In this document: one piece after another, positions 9,135 through 19,104 of the stretch
Position numbering within the stretch: position 1 is the first letter of the stretch
How the letters are laid out: each line of letters begins with the position of its first letter
Assembly: GCA_041742395.1 (NCBI GenBank)
Contig: JBGSIS010000010.1
Coordinates: 724-64,723, forward strand
Direction: 5' to 3'
Origin: Candidatus Saccharimonadales bacterium
GTDB taxonomy: Bacteria; Patescibacteriota; Saccharimonadia; Saccharimonadales; JACQNP01
DNA: 64,000 nucleotides
Program-made: the position numbers and the translations under genes
Notes under the pieces: generated by a model
The model's input: only the letters and a program-made list of their open reading frames with translations
Databases searched by the model: none
Told to the model about the DNA's origin: nothing

Positions 9135-10601
9135 CTATGTTGGTGTGTCGATGGTATTGTTGTTCAGGTAATTCATGGCTTCAACTATTCTTGATAGTGC
9201 AGTCTCTTTGCCGATGGTGTTTAGGTATTCATCTAGTTTTGGACTAGATGGTGCCCAGGTGGTGGCAATTCTTATTAGACTAAATAGGACTGCTGGTTTT
9301 TGGTTGGTCTCTGTTAGTAGGTCGTTAAGTTCTTGGTTTAGATCTTCAATTGAGAATGTGCTGTTATTTAATTTTGACTGGGCTGCTTCTAATATTTCTG
9401 TAAGTTCTTGGTTTGTAAGTTTTTTTAGTTGTTTGTTGGTGCTAATTAATTCTTGGTTAATCTTCGGTTCTTCGAAATAGAAACTGACAAGATCTGGTAT
9501 TTCAGCGAAGTACTTTAGTCTCTCTTGGATGGAAGATAATACTTTTAATTTATAGTTGTCGTCGTGCTGTTTGGACGATTCTGGCCAAAAATCCTTAGTT
9601 TTTTCATACAGGTCATTAATATCCATTTGCCTAATTAATGATCCATTGGCCCATTTGAGTCTTTGTTCATCAAACCTAGCGCCACTTTTCTGGACTCGAT
9701 CTAAGCTAAACTTGTCTACTAATTCTTGCTTAGTAAAAATTTCTTGAGTTGTTCCGTCGTTCCAGCCTAAGGTTGCTATAAAACTGAATAGTGCCTCCGG
9801 TAAGTAGCCTTCCCTTACGTAGTCTAGGACATCTTTGGCGCCGTCACGCTTGCTTAACTTGCGGTTTCCTTGATCGGCCATAATATGTGGCATTGTGGCC
9901 ATGGTCGGAAGAGTTATTTCAAGTGCCTCATATAGGTTTAAATAGTTAGGAATACTGGCTAGAAATTCTTGTCCGCGAATTATGTGAGTAATCTGCATTT
10001 CGTGGTCATCGACAATATGGGCAAAATTATATGTCGGGTAGCCGTCTGATTTAATTAGAATAAAATCGTCAATAACTTCTGGTCCAGTAGATAATTTACC
10101 CATTACTTCATCATGCCAAGTATATGCTTTGGGGTCAGACTTGAATCTTAGTGGTGTTTTTCCGTCCCACTCTAGTGGATCGGTCGGGCGGTGATTACGA
10201 TAAAGGAATGGTTTTTTTGAGTTAATTGCTTCTTGTCGGAATTCTTGCACTTCCTCGGAACTATATGGGTCAGCGTAAGCCCTACCGGAGTCTATAAGAC
10301 CCTTTGCCCACTTTTGATATATTTCTAGGCGTTCGCTTTGTTTGTAGGGCGCATATGGACCACCAATGTCTGGACCTTCGTCATAGTCTAAGCCGATTGT
10401 TCTCAGACTTTCAATAAGATGTTCAGCAGAGCCAGCAACTTCGCGCTTTTTGTCGGTATCTTCAAACCTAAGAATAAATTCGCCATTGTTCTGTCTAGCT
10501 ACAAGCCAGGCAAACAAAGCGGTTCTTATTCCGCCGACATGTAAGTATCCAGTGGGACTGGGAGCAAATCTAGTTCTTGTCATCGGAGTAATTGTAAACA
10601 A
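9135..10601 (-). CDS. gltX: Glutamate--tRNA ligase
   Basis: 488 aa. RFAPSPTGYLHVGGIRTALF (HIGH region) and KLSKRDG (KMSKS region). Confidence 0.95.
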   Translation of the reverse strand: MFTITPMTRTRFAPSPTGYLHVGGIRTALFAWLVARQNNGEFILRFEDTDKKREVAGSAEHLIESLRTIGLDYDEGPDIGGPYAPYKQSERLEIYQKWAKGLIDSGRAYADPYSSEEVQEFRQEAINSKKPFLYRNHRPTDPLEWDGKTPLRFKSDPKAYTWHDEVMGKLSTGPEVIDDFILIKSDGYPTYNFAHIVDDHEMQITHIIRGQEFLASIPNYLNLYEALEITLPTMATMPHIMADQGNRKLSKRDGAKDVLDYVREGYLPEALFSFIATLGWNDGTTQEIFTKQELVDKFSLDRVQKSGARFDEQRLKWANGSLIRQMDINDLYEKTKDFWPESSKQHDDNYKLKVLSSIQERLKYFAEIPDLVSFYFEEPKINQELISTNKQLKKLTNQELTEILEAAQSKLNNSTFSIEDLNQELNDLLTETNQKPAVLFSLIRIATTWAPSSPKLDEYLNTIGKETALSRIVEAMNYLNNNTIDTPT

Positions 10602-10634
10602 TATTATATAAATTAAGAAGTGTAAAGTTTAGAA

Positions 10635-11711
10635 TTAAAGGCTATTGGCGATTTTAATAACTTGATTTGCACTTAATGACGATTGCCCATTTATTTCGTA
10701 CCAAACACCATCATCTATCCAGCTAGCACTATCGCCATCATAAATGTAGATAGTCTTACCCTTCTCTTGTAGTAACTGATAGCTTCGGCTATTAGTACTG
10801 ACATGATTAGATAAGAGTGCGTCACTATTCCACTCTGATTTCTTCTGAGTAATTACATAACTCCGGTCGTCAGAATTAGATCTATATTTAATAGTAACTT
10901 GGCCTACTTGGTATTCAATCGGGCCATTAAAACTGAAGCCACCTGCCTGGTAAGCGGGTACTGTGCCATTAATTCCAGCCCTAGTTGAAGCAACTTTCAT
11001 AGCCAAATTAGGTACATTATTGTAAGCGAAATATCCTCCAAGAAGTAATCCGGCAACTATAAACATACTTATATTCAAGAAACCTGGTTTCAGTTTCAGT
11101 TTTTTTGCAAGTTTATGGGTTCGGGGTGTCTTTTTATGTGTAGCGTTTTTATGGCTTTGCGAGTTGTTGATGGCGTTTTCTAGTACACTTGAGGTCTTTG
11201 GTCTGCTGCTTATAGTTTGTGATTCACTAGTCTTGCTGATGTTCCTTGGAGAGTCGTGTTTAGTTGCTGGTATTTCTTTAGGTGGAACGGAAATTGGTAA
11301 TGGAGAATATTTGGTGGTTTTTTCAGTTTTGCCAACTCCAAACCTACTTATTAAGGAACTTTTAGGTGCTGTTTTTGCTCTTTGCTCTCTACTTTGATTG
11401 ACTGGTGTAGTCTTTTTTATTTGAGGTCGGCTGTCTATTGGAGTTTTCTTTTCAGGTGTAGTGTGTGGCTTATTGACGATGCGCCTAACTAGAGTCTTGG
11501 ATTTATGAGCAGTTCGACTTATATTATGAGGCTGTCTTTTTATACTGCTCTTAAGGGGAGACGGTCTACTTACAAAACCATCTGTACCTGAAGTAGATGA
11601 GCTAGGTGTTTTTGGGGCTGATATTTTTGGCTTAGGTGAACTAAGAAGCTCCCCAGTTACTGCGTCGTATCTGTTACCGTTTAAAGTAATTACGTTTCTT
11701 CTATTTCCCAC
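10635..11711 (-). CDS. Hypothetical bitopic membrane protein with K/P/S/T-rich cytoplasmic N-terminus
   Basis: 358 aa. Long low-complexity basic region, one TM (MFIVAGLLLGGYFAY), about 140-aa extracytoplasmic C-terminal domain. No motif recognised. Confidence 0.5.
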   Translation of the reverse strand: MGNRRNVITLNGNRYDAVTGELLSSPKPKISAPKTPSSSTSGTDGFVSRPSPLKSSIKRQPHNISRTAHKSKTLVRRIVNKPHTTPEKKTPIDSRPQIKKTTPVNQSREQRAKTAPKSSLISRFGVGKTEKTTKYSPLPISVPPKEIPATKHDSPRNISKTSESQTISSRPKTSSVLENAINNSQSHKNATHKKTPRTHKLAKKLKLKPGFLNISMFIVAGLLLGGYFAYNNVPNLAMKVASTRAGINGTVPAYQAGGFSFNGPIEYQVGQVTIKYRSNSDDRSYVITQKKSEWNSDALLSNHVSTNSRSYQLLQEKGKTIYIYDGDSASWIDDGVWYEINGQSSLSANQVIKIANSL

Positions 11712-11818
11712 TTTTAGTTTGGTCTCGACTTTCTATTAATATCCCTATACTATAATCTTAAACCGACTTTGCTCGGCCTGCAAGTAAAAATAAGCATTAT
11801 AGATAAAATTTAGTATAA

Positions 11819-13297
11819 ATGGAGTATTTAGACCCTAAACAAAAACGCGCTCATGAGATAAAGCTATACATAGGATATGGTCTCATGGCGATATTGATAG
11901 TTATAGCAACCATTATTATGGCCTTCTTGTCATTTGGCTTTAACTATGATAGAAACAGTGGCTCAGTAGTTCAGAATGGCCTGTTGTTCGTCGATTCACA
12001 ACCAGAAAGTTCAAAAGTATTTGTTAATGATGTAGATAAAGGTCAGACTGACGTTAGATTAGTGGTACCCTCCGGAAAGTATAAGATTAGACTTGAGCGA
12101 GATGGCTATCGTCAATGGAGTAATGAAGTAGATATTACTGGTGGTGATATCGCTAGAATTGTCTACCCATTTCTGTTTCCTACTAATTTAGAGTCGGAAG
12201 AAGTCAGTTCTTTAACATCAAAACCGGTATATTCTTCGCAGAGCCCAGACAGAAACTGGCTGATTATTAAGTATGCCGATAAGCTTAATGAGTTTGTTGA
12301 ATTTAGTACTGTCGAAGAAGTTATTACGCCTAAGGTATTATCTCTTAGCCCTAGCATTATTAACCAAACAGGTAAAAACCATAATTTTAAAGAAATTGAA
12401 TGGTCGAGTGATAACCGTCACTCCTTAATAAGGCATGATTTTGATGGCGGATTTGAGTTTATTATTCTAGATAGACAGGACGTAACTAAGTCTTTCAATT
12501 TAACTACAAAGTATAAGAATGTAGTGGCTAAACAAATAAGACTACGAGACAAGAAGTTCGATAAATACTACATTTTAAATGACGCAAACGAGCTTTATTC
12601 CTCAGAGTTTAAAAAAGAAGATTTAACTAAAGTTGCCGAAACGGTTTTGGATTTTCATCCTCATGGTGCTGACATAGTTATGTACGTTTCTTCTATACCT
12701 AACGTTAAAGATAAAGTTATGGTCAAAATTGCCGAAAAAGAAAAGCAATATAATATGCATGAGTTGCCTACTGACAAGAAGTATCTTCTGGATCTAGCTG
12801 AGTTTGACGGTAGTTGGTATGTAGTTCTAGGCGCTTCAAGTGAGAAAAAGGTCTACATCTATATAGATCCGTTTAAAGAGCTTAAAGATAGCGACGAGAA
12901 CTTGCCAGGACCGCAGTCACTACTTACTTTGGACGAGCCGGTTGAATATCTGGCTTTTTCGGCAAATGCCCGTTTTATTTCGATTCAAAGTGGTTCAAAC
13001 TTTTCACTTTATGACGCTGAAAATGTTAAATATTTTAAATATAATATTGGATTAGAGTTACCTAGTGACAATAAAGCAAAATGGATGGACGGACACAGAT
13101 TTAATATTGTGAATAAAGACAAAGTTCATGTATTTGATTTTGATGGTACTAACAAACAAGAGTTAATGGCATCCTATACTGGTATTCTACCGTTTTTCGA
13201 TAGAGACTATAATGATGTATTTACCTTAAGTCCTTCTTTGAAGACTAAAGATAAATCTGCTCTGTTTTTAACTCCATTAAAAGAACAAACTAACTAA
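11819..13297 (+). CDS. PEGA-domain membrane-anchored protein
   Basis: 492 aa. N-terminal TM then FVDSQPESSKVFVNDVDKGQTDVRLVVPSGKYKIRLERDGYRQW (PEGA-like), followed by a large beta-rich domain. Confidence 0.65.
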   Translation: MEYLDPKQKRAHEIKLYIGYGLMAILIVIATIIMAFLSFGFNYDRNSGSVVQNGLLFVDSQPESSKVFVNDVDKGQTDVRLVVPSGKYKIRLERDGYRQWSNEVDITGGDIARIVYPFLFPTNLESEEVSSLTSKPVYSSQSPDRNWLIIKYADKLNEFVEFSTVEEVITPKVLSLSPSIINQTGKNHNFKEIEWSSDNRHSLIRHDFDGGFEFIILDRQDVTKSFNLTTKYKNVVAKQIRLRDKKFDKYYILNDANELYSSEFKKEDLTKVAETVLDFHPHGADIVMYVSSIPNVKDKVMVKIAEKEKQYNMHELPTDKKYLLDLAEFDGSWYVVLGASSEKKVYIYIDPFKELKDSDENLPGPQSLLTLDEPVEYLAFSANARFISIQSGSNFSLYDAENVKYFKYNIGLELPSDNKAKWMDGHRFNIVNKDKVHVFDFDGTNKQELMASYTGILPFFDRDYNDVFTLSPSLKTKDKSALFLTPLKEQTN

Positions 13298-13300
13298 GTT

Positions 13301-14479
13301 TTAATTAAATATACCAGTAATTCTTTGCCATAAACTCGGTGCGTTACTAGGTATGACGGCTACTTGATCAGAAGCATCAGTTTGATTGGCGGTACTGGCG
13401 ACATTAGTTGTCGGATCGGGAGAAATTTGCTCACCGGTTACTAGTAGTCTTCTGAGTGAGGTTCCAGGAGGGTCACAGGTAATTAAAGTCATAGTGGATT
13501 TTTCTGTTGAGGTTGTTAGTACTGAAACGTCTGAGGGATCCACCACTTTCTTACCAGTAACTCGATAAACGAATCTTTTACTGTCTTTATTGAGATAAAA
13601 AGTGTCACCCTCTTCAAGTTCATTAAGTAGTACGAAGGCAAATTTATACTTCCCTTTATTTAAAATATTGTTACTGGAATGTCCGAAGATTACTCCGTTA
13701 CCAATTTCTCCTGGAAGTGGGGTTGTAGCGTAATGAACTACCCCCTGTTCTAGGGATTTTTGAATATCGTCTTCTTTAATTGAGGGTTGGTCGTAAACTA
13801 CAGGAATTTCAACATTAATTTTAGGTATTATTATCTTTGGTTCAGGACCGACAGCCGCCGTTGCTGGATCAATAATTATTGGAGTGTTGCTGACTGACTT
13901 ACTAGGGCTAACAAAAGGTGCTATAAATCTTTCGTTAAAGAATCCAAATAAGAACAAGACAAGCATAAATGAGCCTAGTCCAAGACCGAAGCCTAATGAT
14001 TTAAGATGTTGTTTGTGAGTAGGTTTGGAGTTAACGTTCCTAATTATTTGTCTTTTTATTTCTTTAGGATTTTTCAGAGATTTAACTTTGTGGACGGGAG
14101 TATTCTTGGTGTGTTTAGGGGCGACGTTATCTTCAGTTTCTTTTGTCTTTTGTTTTGCTGAGCTGTATTCTGATTGGTCCATACGGTTGTGCTCTGCATA
14201 AAACTCTTGCCAGACTTGGTGTTTTTGATCATCAGGCAAACTAACATAATATTTATGCCATTCAGTTTGTATGTCGGCCAACGATTTTCCAGAAGTACTT
14301 AGTTCATGCATGAATTGTTGATGTTTACTTCTGTGGGTTCCAGCTACTTCAGCTTCTTTAGATTCTTCTTCTGCGTTTGGTTCTTTTTTGTACAGATCTT
14401 CAATTTTGTGACGTATTAAATTAGCTGCGTCATTATTTGACGAGTTATTGTCGTTTGGTAAAGGATCGATTGTTTTCAT
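13301..14479 (-). CDS. Sortase-family transpeptidase (class E-like), membrane anchored
   Basis: 392 aa. Disordered N-terminus, TM (LGLGSFMLVLFLFGFF), catalytic-domain motifs VIFGHSS (His) and TLITCDP (TLxTC Cys) plus a downstream Arg (SLRRLLV). Confidence 0.8.
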   Translation of the reverse strand: MKTIDPLPNDNNSSNNDAANLIRHKIEDLYKKEPNAEEESKEAEVAGTHRSKHQQFMHELSTSGKSLADIQTEWHKYYVSLPDDQKHQVWQEFYAEHNRMDQSEYSSAKQKTKETEDNVAPKHTKNTPVHKVKSLKNPKEIKRQIIRNVNSKPTHKQHLKSLGFGLGLGSFMLVLFLFGFFNERFIAPFVSPSKSVSNTPIIIDPATAAVGPEPKIIIPKINVEIPVVYDQPSIKEDDIQKSLEQGVVHYATTPLPGEIGNGVIFGHSSNNILNKGKYKFAFVLLNELEEGDTFYLNKDSKRFVYRVTGKKVVDPSDVSVLTTSTEKSTMTLITCDPPGTSLRRLLVTGEQISPDPTTNVASTANQTDASDQVAVIPSNAPSLWQRITGIFN

Positions 14480-14552
14480 AATTGACTAGATATAACAGAT
14501 GCAATTATAGTACAATTACTTCTGTTATCCTATAATACATAAGGTTATTTTA

Positions 14553-14638
14553 GGGCGAGTGGCGGAACTGGTATACGCGCACGACTCAAAATCGTGTTCC
14601 TTTCAGGATTGAGGGTTCGATTCCCTCCTCGCCCACCA
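14553..14638 (+). tRNA. tRNA-Leu (anticodon CAA), CCA encoded
   Basis: Hand-folded. Acceptor GGGCGAG/CTCGCCC, anticodon stem CACGA/TCGTG with loop CTCAAAA, long variable arm (TCCT-TTC-AGGA), T arm GAGGG-TTCGATT-CCCTC, discriminator A, CCA. Confidence 0.9.
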
Positions 14639-14647
14639 ATTGAAAGC

Positions 14648-14674
14648 CCTCACTACTGTGAGGTTTTTATTTTT
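14648..14674 (+). terminator. Intrinsic terminator after tRNA-Leu
   Basis: CCTCAC-TACT-GTGAGG hairpin followed by TTTTTATTTTT. Confidence 0.6.
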
Positions 14675-15494
14675 AATCTATAACGTCCAGTAAGTTTTCA
14701 GTTATTACATCTAATTTTTCAGTTACGCTACTGTCTCCATACATTTCACGATAAAGTAGCCTTGGAACTCCTTTAGTTTTGTTGACTATTGGTTGGCTTT
14801 TACAAACTTCGCTTAAACGAACCACTTGTATGTCATTTTCATATGTGTCGTTATTGTAAGCTGTTTTAACTTGAATTTTGTAAGATAATTCAGTCTCATC
14901 ATAATGCGTGAAAACCGATAAATCCCATGAATTCTTTACTGCGTTATGGTTGGAATTTTTTCCTAAATCCTGACTTATTAAGCTTGGTAATATTGTCCAT
15001 TGGGGATTTCCGGAACTAATATTAAACCTTTGCAGCAATGACAAAACCAAAGTTTCCGATAGTATACCTAAAACAACATTATTAGAACTTAGTTTATCTT
15101 GTGATTGTAATAGGTATTCGTGTGCTAAGTTGGCTGTTTCTACTGTATCGTAGTAAGCTTTTTCAATTTGTTCTAGATCAGCCATTTCATTTGTTAAAAA
15201 CGATCTGTACATCGATAAGTTGGATAGTCGAACACAGGAACTTAAGTAGTGACTATCGATGTACTTGGATAACAAAATGCTTTTATCCCAACAATTTCCT
15301 GCAATTTCCAAGTTAGCCAGAGCTTGATCTGTATTTATACCTTGTTCAAAAGCCAGTTCCAAGAACATATCTCCAGCCAGCTGCTGACCAATATTGGTAG
15401 TGTCGTGGAGATTTTTTCGGGCAATTTCAATTCTACTTTCTTGTTCGCTATTCTTGAACAAAAATCGTTCGTGGGGTTCTCTTTCGGGGTGCAT
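14673..15494 (-). CDS. Hypothetical protein (possible PD-(D/E)xK-like C-terminal core)
   Basis: 273 aa, no TM. C-terminal SWDLSVF...SYKIQVKT resembles a D...(E/Q)xK nuclease core, but this is weak. Confidence 0.35.
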   Translation of the reverse strand: MHPEREPHERFLFKNSEQESRIEIARKNLHDTTNIGQQLAGDMFLELAFEQGINTDQALANLEIAGNCWDKSILLSKYIDSHYLSSCVRLSNLSMYRSFLTNEMADLEQIEKAYYDTVETANLAHEYLLQSQDKLSSNNVVLGILSETLVLSLLQRFNISSGNPQWTILPSLISQDLGKNSNHNAVKNSWDLSVFTHYDETELSYKIQVKTAYNNDTYENDIQVVRLSEVCKSQPIVNKTKGVPRLLYREMYGDSSVTEKLDVITENLLDVID

Positions 15495-15582
15495 ATTATT
15501 ATCTTGGGATAGTTATTTTAAAAAAATTCTATTAAATCAAGTATTAATAATATCAAATATATTATATAAAAACAATAACTGA

Positions 15583-16386
15583 TTAAAGTAATGCGGTAGT
15601 TAAAGCTTCAAAAGGTTTGGTCGGGTTTTGCATAAGCCATACCGATGATTTAGCGGCTACTTCAGTAATCCATAGATCGTCTTTTTTGCCATGTGGAGTA
15701 GAGCTAACTCTACCACTGCATGCACACCAGATATTATCTTGGTAATTGACGACTATATTTGTATTTATTTTTTTACTGAAATTTTCTAAGTTTATGGCTA
15801 TTTCCTCCATTGTAAGACTAAATTTGAATAAAAATTCACTATAGGTATTTTTTGATAGTTGTTGCAGTTGAGTTAGGTTTATAACTAGGGTAGTTGAGGG
15901 TCTATTAATTAGGTTTTTAGCGGAGTGAATAAATGAATCGGCAGCTTCTTTGGTAAGGATAGTTGGGGTTTTAGAATCTTGTAGAAATTTCTCTACTAGA
16001 ATAGATGTTTCACTATTCCTGCCTAGGTCACCAGCAAATAGTACTAGATCTGACCACAATGAATTTTCCATAAAATCCGCCAGGGCAATTTTTGAAAATC
16101 CGCCACTTGGGTTTACTGGTGCAAAATCACTATCGGGTAAAAGTTTGCTGAGTGTTTTCTTTAGAGAAGTTGGCAGAACCATTCTGATTTGCCCTGCTCC
16201 TTCAGCAGTAGCGATTTTATAACTTTCCGAGACATTACTAAAAGAGTATAAGTTTCCACCTATTATTAGCAGTTTACCGGCTTGGAGCTTATTTTCGGGC
16301 TTACTCCATATGAGATCCTCGAAAAGTGGATTATCCTTAGTTTGTTTTTGCCAAGACATAATCTTCTCCTGTTTTAACAAGCTCAT
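15583..16386 (-). CDS. YjeF-C / NAD(P)HX-dehydratase-like carbohydrate-kinase-fold protein (divergent)
   Basis: 267 aa. GKLLIIGGNLYSFSNVSESYKIATAEGAGQIRMVLP resembles the hhhGGS..y.GA..laa.aAlr.GaG start of the family. The C-terminal GxGD nucleotide motif is not evident. The start may be the internal Met (16359). Confidence 0.4.
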   Translation of the reverse strand: MSLLKQEKIMSWQKQTKDNPLFEDLIWSKPENKLQAGKLLIIGGNLYSFSNVSESYKIATAEGAGQIRMVLPTSLKKTLSKLLPDSDFAPVNPSGGFSKIALADFMENSLWSDLVLFAGDLGRNSETSILVEKFLQDSKTPTILTKEAADSFIHSAKNLINRPSTTLVINLTQLQQLSKNTYSEFLFKFSLTMEEIAINLENFSKKINTNIVVNYQDNIWCACSGRVSSTPHGKKDDLWITEVAAKSSVWLMQNPTKPFEALTTALL

Positions 16387-17062
16387 AAATTACATTTTTT
16401 CTTTCTAGGACAATTTTCCAACTGTTTAAAAATGCTATTTCGTAGAGTTCTTTGTCGGGGTTAAAAGCAATTGGATTATCTACTACTTCAAGCATACTGG
16501 CGTCACTTTTGCTGTCTCCAACCGCGTAACTATCTTCTAGTGATAAATTATGTTTTTTAATTAATTCTAGTAAGGTGGATTTTTTATCGGCGCTTCCTAG
16601 TTTTTTGATGCCGCTAAAATTTCCACTGACCCGTTCGTAAACGGTTCCAGTGCAGTAGTCAAAACCAAATTTTGAAGATATTCTACTAACCAGTTCTTGA
16701 TGAGATCCTGAAATAGCAATTAGTTTGTAATTTGCTTTTTTTAGTTCATCGATCAAGTTTCTTGTATATGTATATACTTGATCGGAATATTCATTTATTA
16801 CTTCATCGACCGATACTTCAATGTCTTCTGTAATTAAGTTTTGTAATGAGTTTTCAAATACCTCTATTAGTACTAACTCGTATTCCCGGAATGAATTTTC
16901 ACTTGTGCGATTCTTCCATTTCATTCGAGCATTCTTTAATTCTTGGTAATCGGCTGAGTTAATTAATTCTTTTTTAGCTAGATTATCTACAAGTGCATGA
17001 TAAAGCTGCCAGCGTATTAAAGTTCCGTCAATATCGAAGGCTGCAAATTTTATATCTTTCAT
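16337..17062 (-). CDS. HAD-IB family hydrolase (SerB-like phosphatase)
   Basis: 241 aa. Motif I FDIDGTL, motif IV-like GDSKSDASML. Confidence 0.8.
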   Translation of the reverse strand: MKDIKFAAFDIDGTLIRWQLYHALVDNLAKKELINSADYQELKNARMKWKNRTSENSFREYELVLIEVFENSLQNLITEDIEVSVDEVINEYSDQVYTYTRNLIDELKKANYKLIAISGSHQELVSRISSKFGFDYCTGTVYERVSGNFSGIKKLGSADKKSTLLELIKKHNLSLEDSYAVGDSKSDASMLEVVDNPIAFNPDKELYEIAFLNSWKIVLERKNVIYELVKTGEDYVLAKTN

Positions 17063-17526
17063 AAATGATCTACTATTTCCAAGTCGTGTTTAATTATTTT
17101 GTCCATTTCATCCAGTGCAAAATATGCTTTAATCTTCTTGCCTTCCAAAACATTACCTAGCCAGTATTTATCGTCGGGCCACATTAAATCATAAGGAATG
17201 TCGTTCATTTCAAACCATTTAGGTGACATCTCCTCGGTTTCTTCGGGGTCGCCTTCCCAGTTTGTTGAGATATATACAGTGACTTCAAAATCTCTGTTTT
17301 TGCCATCATGCCATTCATTAAAAATAATTATTGCCGACTTATTATAAATTAGTGGCTTTACATTAATTTCTTCTTGACACTCTCTGACCATGGCCTCTTC
17401 AACAGTTTCATTTTCTTCAACCTTACCTCCAACGCCGTTCCATCTGCCCTTACCAAAGCCTCGTTTTTTCATAGCTAGTAAAACTTCGTTATCTTTTTTT
17501 AAGAATAGAAGAGTTAATTTTTTCAT
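17059..17526 (-). CDS. Nudix hydrolase (MutT/8-oxo-dGTPase-like)
   Basis: 155 aa. Nudix box GGKVEENETVEEAMVRECQEEINV. Confidence 0.85.
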   Translation of the reverse strand: MKKLTLLFLKKDNEVLLAMKKRGFGKGRWNGVGGKVEENETVEEAMVRECQEEINVKPLIYNKSAIIIFNEWHDGKNRDFEVTVYISTNWEGDPEETEEMSPKWFEMNDIPYDLMWPDDKYWLGNVLEGKKIKAYFALDEMDKIIKHDLEIVDHL

Positions 17527-17530
17527 TCTT

Positions 17531-18325
17531 TTACAAATCTATTTCTATACTTGTTGGGCAGTGGTCTGAACCCATTACTTCAGGGTGAATATCGGCATTC
17601 TTAATTTTATCTATGATTTGATCTGAAACCATAAAGTAATCTATCCGCCAACCAATATTTCTTGCCCGGGCGTTTGCCCAATGTGTCCACCAGGTATAAG
17701 CATCTTCTTTTTCGGGATAAAATTTTCTATATGAATCGACATAACCAGCGTCAATGAAATTCTGAAATCCCTTCCGTTCTTCATTAGTGAAGCCATGTTT
17801 TCCAACATTTGGTTTGGGGTTTGCTAAGTCAATTTCTTGATGTGCGACATTTAAGTCTCCGCAAAAGATTACCGGTTTAGTTTTTTGTAATTCTAGGCAG
17901 TAGTCTAAAAATGCTTTATCCCACAGATCGTGTCTAAGGCTTAATCTTGACAGGTCTCCCTTACTATTTGGTGTATACACAGAAACTAGGTAAAAATCTT
18001 CAAATTCTGCTGTAATTACACGACCTTCATTTGCGGGGTTGCCATAATCATCATTTTTGAAACGGTCATTAATATCTTGGGTAAATCCGTTGCTAACTTT
18101 AATTGGCTGTTTTTTAGTGAATATTGCTGTCCCACTATAGCCCTTTTTTTCAGCTGAGCTCCAAAATTCTTGATACTGAGGTAAATCTACTTCGGATTGG
18201 TTTTGTTGGGCCTTTGTTTCTTGTAGGCATATAATATCTGGATCATGTTTTTGTATGAAATCTTGGAAGGCATTTTTGTTCCACACTGCTCTAATTCCAT
18301 TAACATTCCACGAATAAATTCTCAT
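17531..18325 (-). CDS. xth: Exodeoxyribonuclease III
   Basis: 264 aa. Starts MRIYSWNVNGIRA, contains LQETK, ends GSDHCP. Confidence 0.92.
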   Translation of the reverse strand: MRIYSWNVNGIRAVWNKNAFQDFIQKHDPDIICLQETKAQQNQSEVDLPQYQEFWSSAEKKGYSGTAIFTKKQPIKVSNGFTQDINDRFKNDDYGNPANEGRVITAEFEDFYLVSVYTPNSKGDLSRLSLRHDLWDKAFLDYCLELQKTKPVIFCGDLNVAHQEIDLANPKPNVGKHGFTNEERKGFQNFIDAGYVDSYRKFYPEKEDAYTWWTHWANARARNIGWRIDYFMVSDQIIDKIKNADIHPEVMGSDHCPTSIEIDL

Positions 18326-18372
18326 TGTTTTAGTATAGCTCTTTTAATATAAAATCTGCTAGACTTAGTTAA

Positions 18373-19089
18373 ATGTCAAAGTACTCAAGAATACTACTAA
18401 AACTCTCAGGAGAGCAACTAGCTGGTGAATATGACGGTGGTATTGATCCTAAGTTAGCAACTTGGCTGGCAACTGAAGCAAAGAAAGTGACTGACGAAGG
18501 TATTCAGGTAGTTATTATGGTTGGTGGTGGTAACTTTGTTCGTGGTGCACAGATTGCTGGGCATGGAATAAAGCGAGTGACAGCCGATCATATTGGTATG
18601 CTGGGCACAATGATGAACGCCCTGGCGTTAACTGACATATTTGAAAATAATGATGTAAAGACTAGATGTCTTTCAAATATATTTGCAGAACAAGTTGCCG
18701 AGCCATTCGTCCATAGATTAGCATTTAAACATCTTGAAAAAGGCAGAGTTGTAATTGTTGCTGGAGGAATCGGACGACCATATCTTACTACTGATACAGC
18801 GGCGGTATCGCTGGCTCTTGAGCTAGATTGTCAATTGGTTATGAAGGCCACAAAAGTAGATGGCGTGTATGATAAAGATCCGGAAAAATTTGATGATGCT
18901 GTCAAAATAGGAAACGTCTCTTTCCAAAGAGCAGTTGAGGATAATTCGATTAAAGTTATGGATAAAGCAGCAATGGGATTAGCTATGGAATATGGTTTAC
19001 CAATCCTCATATTTAATGCAATGGAACAAAACAATGTCTTGAAGGCAGCAATGGGCGAAGACATCGGAACTTTAATTTCTAAAAATTAG
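18373..19089 (+). CDS. pyrH: UMP kinase
   Basis: 238 aa. YSRILLKLSGEQLAG, VVIMVGGGNFVRG, ATKVDGVYDKDP. Confidence 0.95.
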   Translation: MSKYSRILLKLSGEQLAGEYDGGIDPKLATWLATEAKKVTDEGIQVVIMVGGGNFVRGAQIAGHGIKRVTADHIGMLGTMMNALALTDIFENNDVKTRCLSNIFAEQVAEPFVHRLAFKHLEKGRVVIVAGGIGRPYLTTDTAAVSLALELDCQLVMKATKVDGVYDKDPEKFDDAVKIGNVSFQRAVEDNSIKVMDKAAMGLAMEYGLPILIFNAMEQNNVLKAAMGEDIGTLISKN

Positions 19090-19104
19090 ATAATGATTAC
19101 ATAG

